DNA of 57,404 nucleotides from Candidatus Angelobacter sp. (GTDB lineage Bacteria; Acidobacteriota; Terriglobia; Terriglobales; Acidobacteriaceae): NCBI GenBank assembly GCA_035717005.1, contig DASTJB010000318.1, positions 1 to 57,404 of the forward strand, read 5' to 3'. Shown piece by piece: positions 53,326 to 57,404 of this stretch (position 1 is its first letter; each line of letters starts with the position of its first letter). The notes under the pieces were generated by a model. It saw only the letters and a program-made list of their open reading frames with translations, ran no database searches and was not told where the DNA came from. The position numbers and the translations under genes were made by a program.

Positions 53326-54108
53326 TCAAAAGATCTTCCGCCACAATGCGATGACGATGCTCGCCACCAGCACCGTGAGCCACCACACAATGTAGCCGGT
53401 ATCCGGCGAAGCGGCGGGAAAAATCGCCCGCGGATTCTTTCTTTTATTGCGCGCGGCAATGTCATCGAAATAGGACGAGCGCAGGAAACTTGCGATCTCG
53501 ACGCCAGTAATGCCGACCACAAAGACGGCGACGCCCTTGATGTCCACGCCTGGCACCCGCGAATCGTTCCACAGCTCGATGAAACCCCAAAGCAGAAAAA
53601 ACAACGGGAGAACGAACAACAGCGAGAAGCTCAGGCGCAGCGTGGAAACGACCTGCTCCCTGCGATTGATGGGCGAAATCCAGTGAAAATAATGGTTCTC
53701 AATGGCCCGGGCCAACTCGGCTTCGGCATCTGGATCGGCCGCCGCTCCCGGAAACAAGCGTTGTCGCAAACAGAGTTTTTGCAGGGTGTTCCAGCGGCTT
53801 AGATTGATGTAAGCCAGGATGGCGCGAAAGAAGAAGCGCAACACAAACGCGTAGGCAACGGAAAGGCCAATGACGGTAAAGGCAGTGGGCCGGCCGGCTC
53901 CGGCGGCTCCGAACGCCAACGCGGGAAACAGGGCTCCCACGACCAGGATCGCCCAATTCGTGAGTTGATTCTGAGTGGTGTAAGCCAGTGTTATTTCGCG
54001 GCCGCATTCGCGGTACAGGTCGTGCAGCCACTGCTCATCGAATTTACCGGCGGCGGCAGATGTGCTGGAAGCAGGCGTCGTTGAGACGGTCATAGCGTGC
54101 CCTTTCAT
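53326..54108 (-). CDS. Hypothetical integral membrane protein (260 aa)
   Basis: Several hydrophobic helices. Follows the phosphatase-family gene on the same strand. No family recognised. Confidence 0.55.
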   Translation of the reverse strand: MKGHAMTVSTTPASSTSAAAGKFDEQWLHDLYRECGREITLAYTTQNQLTNWAILVVGALFPALAFGAAGAGRPTAFTVIGLSVAYAFVLRFFFRAILAYINLSRWNTLQKLCLRQRLFPGAAADPDAEAELARAIENHYFHWISPINRREQVVSTLRLSFSLLFVLPLFFLLWGFIELWNDSRVPGVDIKGVAVFVVGITGVEIASFLRSSYFDDIAARNKRKNPRAIFPAASPDTGYIVWWLTVLVASIVIALWRKIF

Positions 54109-54125
54109 TCAGCGAACAGGCAGGA

Positions 54126-56090
54126 TCACTGCCGAAATTCCGCGGAATACAGATATCTTTCCGGTTTTTGCCCTCGCGTTGAGGGATATTCCTCATACAC
54201 CAGAACGGTCCTTCGCTCATCGTGACCCGGCCTTGAAGACCGGGACTTTTTCGAAACCACCGCAGGCCGGGGCCCTGACCGCAGGGCCTCATCGATGACA
54301 CGTCCGCGCAAGCCGGAAACTGGAAATTCGATTCCCATCAGGTAGGCCAGAGTCGGCGCGATATCGGCATTGCTGACTGGTGCGCTGTCGGCAAATCCCT
54401 GTTTGAAATCGGGACCGGCTGCCGTCATGAAGTTAAACGTATTGTCACGTCCAAAGCCGCCGTGCATTCCCTGCCCTTCCTGTAACGTAGTGTCGGAAAT
54501 CAGCGCCGCTTTCTGCCAATCCGGCTGTCCGGCGTTTTCGCCGGGATAAAAAACCTTGAAGGCAACCACGATGGCCGGCCGGGGCAGCCGGGCCGAGCCG
54601 ATCAGGTTAATCTCACTTAAAGGCAGCGTCCCGGGAATGTCGTCGAACCGATCGTCGACGAAGATTCCCCCGACGTAGTCCAGCGCCGCGATCTGGTCGA
54701 CGAGGTGGCGCACGGTACTCGCCTCCTGGCTGGGAACATAAATGAGGTCCGAACCTCCATTCGCCGCGACAATTGCCAGGGCATCGCTGCCGTCTTTTTT
54801 CAGTATTTTTTCTCCCAGGAAGCCATTGCCAGACGCGGGGTGCTCCCAGTGTTCGGGTTTTGATAAATCCACCTGACGAAAAGGCTGGCTCTCGCCTGTC
54901 CCAGGCCGATCCGGGTCCCACAGGTTAGTGTGCAGGGCGCGCGCAAGATCGATGGCGAGGAAGCCGTTGGGCAGTGTGCCTTTCTCGGTATCGGGCTGGT
55001 TCTTAGCATCGACGTAGAGGTGCTGAGCTGACTCCGCCTGGGTGGTTCCGTCGCCAATCTCACGGCGCGAGATCGCGGCAAACCCGTGATCCGATGTCAC
55101 AAAGATATCCGTATTGCTCTGAATGTCAGGATGCGCCGTGAGCCAATCCAGGATTTGTTGCAAGTTGCGGTCCGCGTTCTGGACGGAGGCGCGGGAAGTC
55201 TCACCGTTGATGCCTGGCTGCAGCACGTGCCGGACCTTGCCCGGATCGCCAGGCACAGGCTCCTGACTATCGCCCTGGTAGTGTTGTGTGGCATCGGGAT
55301 CGCGCGACCAGTAAAGCAGTATGAAGGGCTTCTCCTCGGCTGCGAACAACGGCAGAATGACGCGGGTGGTCACGTCAATCATCCACTGTTGCTGAACGAG
55401 ATTGGCGCTCAAAGTCCCGCTGTGGTCCACGTCGCCCCGGTTGCCGTTGTTGTAGAGAGAAGTGTCGCGATAGCCGTTGCTGCGTGTAGGCGCCTCAGGA
55501 GGAAGATGCTCTTTCCGCAGGCTCTTGAGGACTTCTTCCGTTAAGGGAACGCCATAACGCGTACCCGTTTCATCGTCCACGATGATGGCTTTAGGGGAAT
55601 TCTTCCTGCCCAGGGCCTCCAGGTCCTGCAACGCGACGGGCCCGCTCTTGCCAACAGCGGCGGTGTTGTAGCCGCGGGCGCGTGCAAGCGCCAGCAAAGA
55701 CGGCTCTCCCAAATAATTGCCTTGATAATGCGCGTTCAGTTCCGCCAGGATGTGATCACTCTCGATAAATCTGACGGGACTTTCCGCCGGCGAAACCGGG
55801 TCCCATATTGTATTGCTGAAGGTGCCGGTATCGCCCAGCGCGTGACCTGTGGCAATGGCAGAGGCATTCGCCATGGTAAAGGTCGGGAACAGCGAGTAGC
55901 TGTTCTGAAAATCAACCCCTCTGCGGCGAAGCGCCCAGAGCGCCTTTGTGTCCTGCGGATTTATTGAACCGTGCCGTAGTCCGTCGGCAACAAAAATAAT
56001 GATGTTGCGCGGGCGGCGAGGTGGGGCGCCATGCATCGTCAAAGCCAGCAAAACGGCACAGAGACCCGCGCAGCAGAACGATCTTCCCAT
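54126..56090 (-). CDS. Alkaline-phosphatase-superfamily enzyme (nucleotide pyrophosphatase/phosphodiesterase-like), secreted
   Basis: Signal peptide. The N-terminal metal-site motif IIFVADGLRHG. The FVTSDHGF motif. GGAGGTG lies 7 nt before the ATG at 56090. Confidence 0.8.
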   Translation of the reverse strand: MGRSFCCAGLCAVLLALTMHGAPPRRPRNIIIFVADGLRHGSINPQDTKALWALRRRGVDFQNSYSLFPTFTMANASAIATGHALGDTGTFSNTIWDPVSPAESPVRFIESDHILAELNAHYQGNYLGEPSLLALARARGYNTAAVGKSGPVALQDLEALGRKNSPKAIIVDDETGTRYGVPLTEEVLKSLRKEHLPPEAPTRSNGYRDTSLYNNGNRGDVDHSGTLSANLVQQQWMIDVTTRVILPLFAAEEKPFILLYWSRDPDATQHYQGDSQEPVPGDPGKVRHVLQPGINGETSRASVQNADRNLQQILDWLTAHPDIQSNTDIFVTSDHGFAAISRREIGDGTTQAESAQHLYVDAKNQPDTEKGTLPNGFLAIDLARALHTNLWDPDRPGTGESQPFRQVDLSKPEHWEHPASGNGFLGEKILKKDGSDALAIVAANGGSDLIYVPSQEASTVRHLVDQIAALDYVGGIFVDDRFDDIPGTLPLSEINLIGSARLPRPAIVVAFKVFYPGENAGQPDWQKAALISDTTLQEGQGMHGGFGRDNTFNFMTAAGPDFKQGFADSAPVSNADIAPTLAYLMGIEFPVSGLRGRVIDEALRSGPRPAVVSKKSRSSRPGHDERRTVLVYEEYPSTRGQKPERYLYSAEFRQ

Positions 56091-56096
56091 CGAATG

Positions 56097-56429
56097 TCAC
56101 CTCCGAAATCGACCTAGAAGGCAGGTTTCAACTGCGCTTGCGGCCTTCTGAAGTTGCTCTGTGATTGCTTTTGCCGCCGTCTCTGGGGTACCGCTGAAGA
56201 TGATCTGCTCATTCTGCACCAGTAGAGCCGGCCGGCCTTTGTGAACAATGGCTTCAAGTACGAACGGCCTCTCTTCAGGGCGCGCCGCTTCCAAAGCCAA
56301 GCCTCGGGTGAGACCCGCAGTTGCCGGTTTAGCTAAAAGCTCTTGATGTAGGTTGGGATCGAGCTTTGCAAGTCTTTGTAACCACCTCTCGAACCCAACG
56401 CCTGGGGACATGGCGCCGTGCGTAGACAT
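56097..56429 (-). CDS. Hypothetical protein (110 aa)
   Basis: AAGGAAG SD before the ATG at 56429. The stop lies within the SD region of the downstream gene. No family recognised. Confidence 0.5.
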   Translation of the reverse strand: MSTHGAMSPGVGFERWLQRLAKLDPNLHQELLAKPATAGLTRGLALEAARPEERPFVLEAIVHKGRPALLVQNEQIIFSGTPETAAKAITEQLQKAASAVETCLLGRFRR

Positions 56430-57110
56430 TGCTTCCTTGCTAAAGGGGTGATTCGATTCGGCAGGGGAACACTCCGCGTGCCAAACGAATGATTTGTCGG
56501 ATGCGGCGCATTCTGTCCTTACTTTGTGTTCTTGTCAAGAGCCATTTTGACCTATCCAGTTCATACTCCTGTATATAAGAGTCGGGACGGGAGCTTGCGA
56601 TGCCATTGAACAGACATCAAGGTTTCCGATCTGGCTGCTATAGGTTTGGGTCAAAGCACCACGATCTAAGTTTCCGCCAGTTCCGCCCCTTCTGAAGTCG
56701 TGGATCACGGCCCGCCCAGTCATGGTGTGTTTGAGTACCTGATATCTCGGCTCAAGACTTTCACACCGCTTGTCAGGTGAGAGTCTCACATCACATAAGA
56801 TCGACGCGCAGCTGCTAGCTGAGCAGTGGGAGTTCTCCGCTGCTGCTGCTGCAAGGGCTGTCCTTGCGAACCAGAGCCACGTCGTTGCCGCTGACTACCA
56901 AACGAGCCTCGGAGAGATGCGTTGCCAAAACGGCTGCGTCGGTTTGCGGGAGGATCGGAAGCAGCGCTGGATGAATCGGCTGTAGCTGCAACAACCGTGA
57001 GTTCGAAACTTTCAGCGCGTTCTGCGGAGTTGGAAAATGCTGGGCTTAAACCATCTGGCAGCCAAACGGCAGAGCAGCTCTTCGCCTGTTGCCGTAAGTG
57101 ATTGAAATGA

Positions 57111-57185
57111 TGGAGGCGCGGGTCGGAATCGAACCGACGCATAAAGGTTTTGCAGACCTCTCCCTTACCACTTGGGTACCGCGCC
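57111..57185 (-). tRNA. tRNA-Cys (anticodon GCA), CCA encoded
   Basis: Hand-folded cloverleaf. Acceptor GGCGCGG/CCGCGCC. Anticodon stem GAGGU/ACCUU with loop CUGCAAA. T arm GUCGG-UUCGAUU-CCGAC. Discriminator U followed by CCA. Confidence 0.9.
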
Positions 57186-57256
57186 TCAGTGCGGCCGGTT
57201 GCAATGTTCAGAGAGCATAAACCCTCGCCTGGGCGAGGGGCAACCACTCAAAAGTA

Positions 57257-57331
<75 letters not shown>

Positions 57332-57404
57332 TTGAGAAAGCCAAGTGTGATTATATCGCCATGAAAATGAAGGGTCAAACAAGACATCGGGTGAGCGGGA
57401 GATC

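Noticed and set aside
56535-56789. Possible tyrosine-recombinase relic next to the tRNA genes. IHDFRRGGTGGNLDRGALTQTYSSQIGN has HD.R......L..GA.........G spacing like integrase box II.
   Set aside because: Only a few positions match. The catalytic Tyr is not at the expected distance. No upstream integrase sequence, att-like repeat of the tRNA 3' end, or other mobile gene is visible. This is not supportable without a database search.
56786-57247. 153-aa minus-strand ORF
   Set aside because: It overlaps the whole tRNA-Cys gene and the inter-tRNA hairpin. The translation is low-complexity (Ser/Arg/Gln-rich).

Overview
GC-rich bacterial chromosomal window. A PadR regulator next to a 939-aa duplicated FtsX/MacB-type permease, plus many long antisense ORFs, suggests an Acidobacteria-like genome, but that is inference only.

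Gene content, left to right:
- 214-7302 (minus strand): leuA-leuB-leuC-leuD, then a thioredoxin-fold fusion gene, a UxxC selenoprotein that the ORF track splits at an in-frame TGA, and a secreted protein. A divergent LysR regulator follows.
- 8732-10500: a MoeZ-type E1 with a rhodanese domain, and a JAMM peptidase.
- 10856-15727: PadR, the permease, proC and a secreted protein.
- 15788-23324: an amino-acid block. A ThrC-family enzyme sits next to a GG-terminated sulfur-carrier protein, followed by thrB-ask-thrC-hom. Each of the two operons is preceded by a short leader ORF and an intrinsic terminator. The first leader is Met/Cys-rich and the second is Thr-rich, which fits ribosome-mediated attenuation.
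- 23428-26328: ggt, a putative outer-membrane protein and a small basic protein.
- 26330-27630: an AT-rich, gene-poor stretch containing a decayed permease fragment.
- 27634-33390: an SRPBCC protein, an Opu-type ABC importer, and an NO-stress module (Crp/Fnr regulator, ytfE/RIC, nnrS).
- 50741-57331: a Tat-dependent GMC oxidoreductase pair, an alkaline-phosphatase-family operon, and tRNA-Cys and tRNA-Gly.

Most interesting region (33738-50387): a tightly coupled operon with four giant proteins (1143, 1062, 1510 and 590 aa) in which I recognise no motif. It is led by a trypsin-fold serine protease, followed by a small 2-TM protein, and faced by a two-HKD phospholipase-D-family enzyme. The protease and the PLD enzyme share a homologous N-terminal domain of about 60 aa, which suggests they are cargo or effectors of the same uncharacterised apparatus.

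I saw no CRISPR array, IS element or rRNA.
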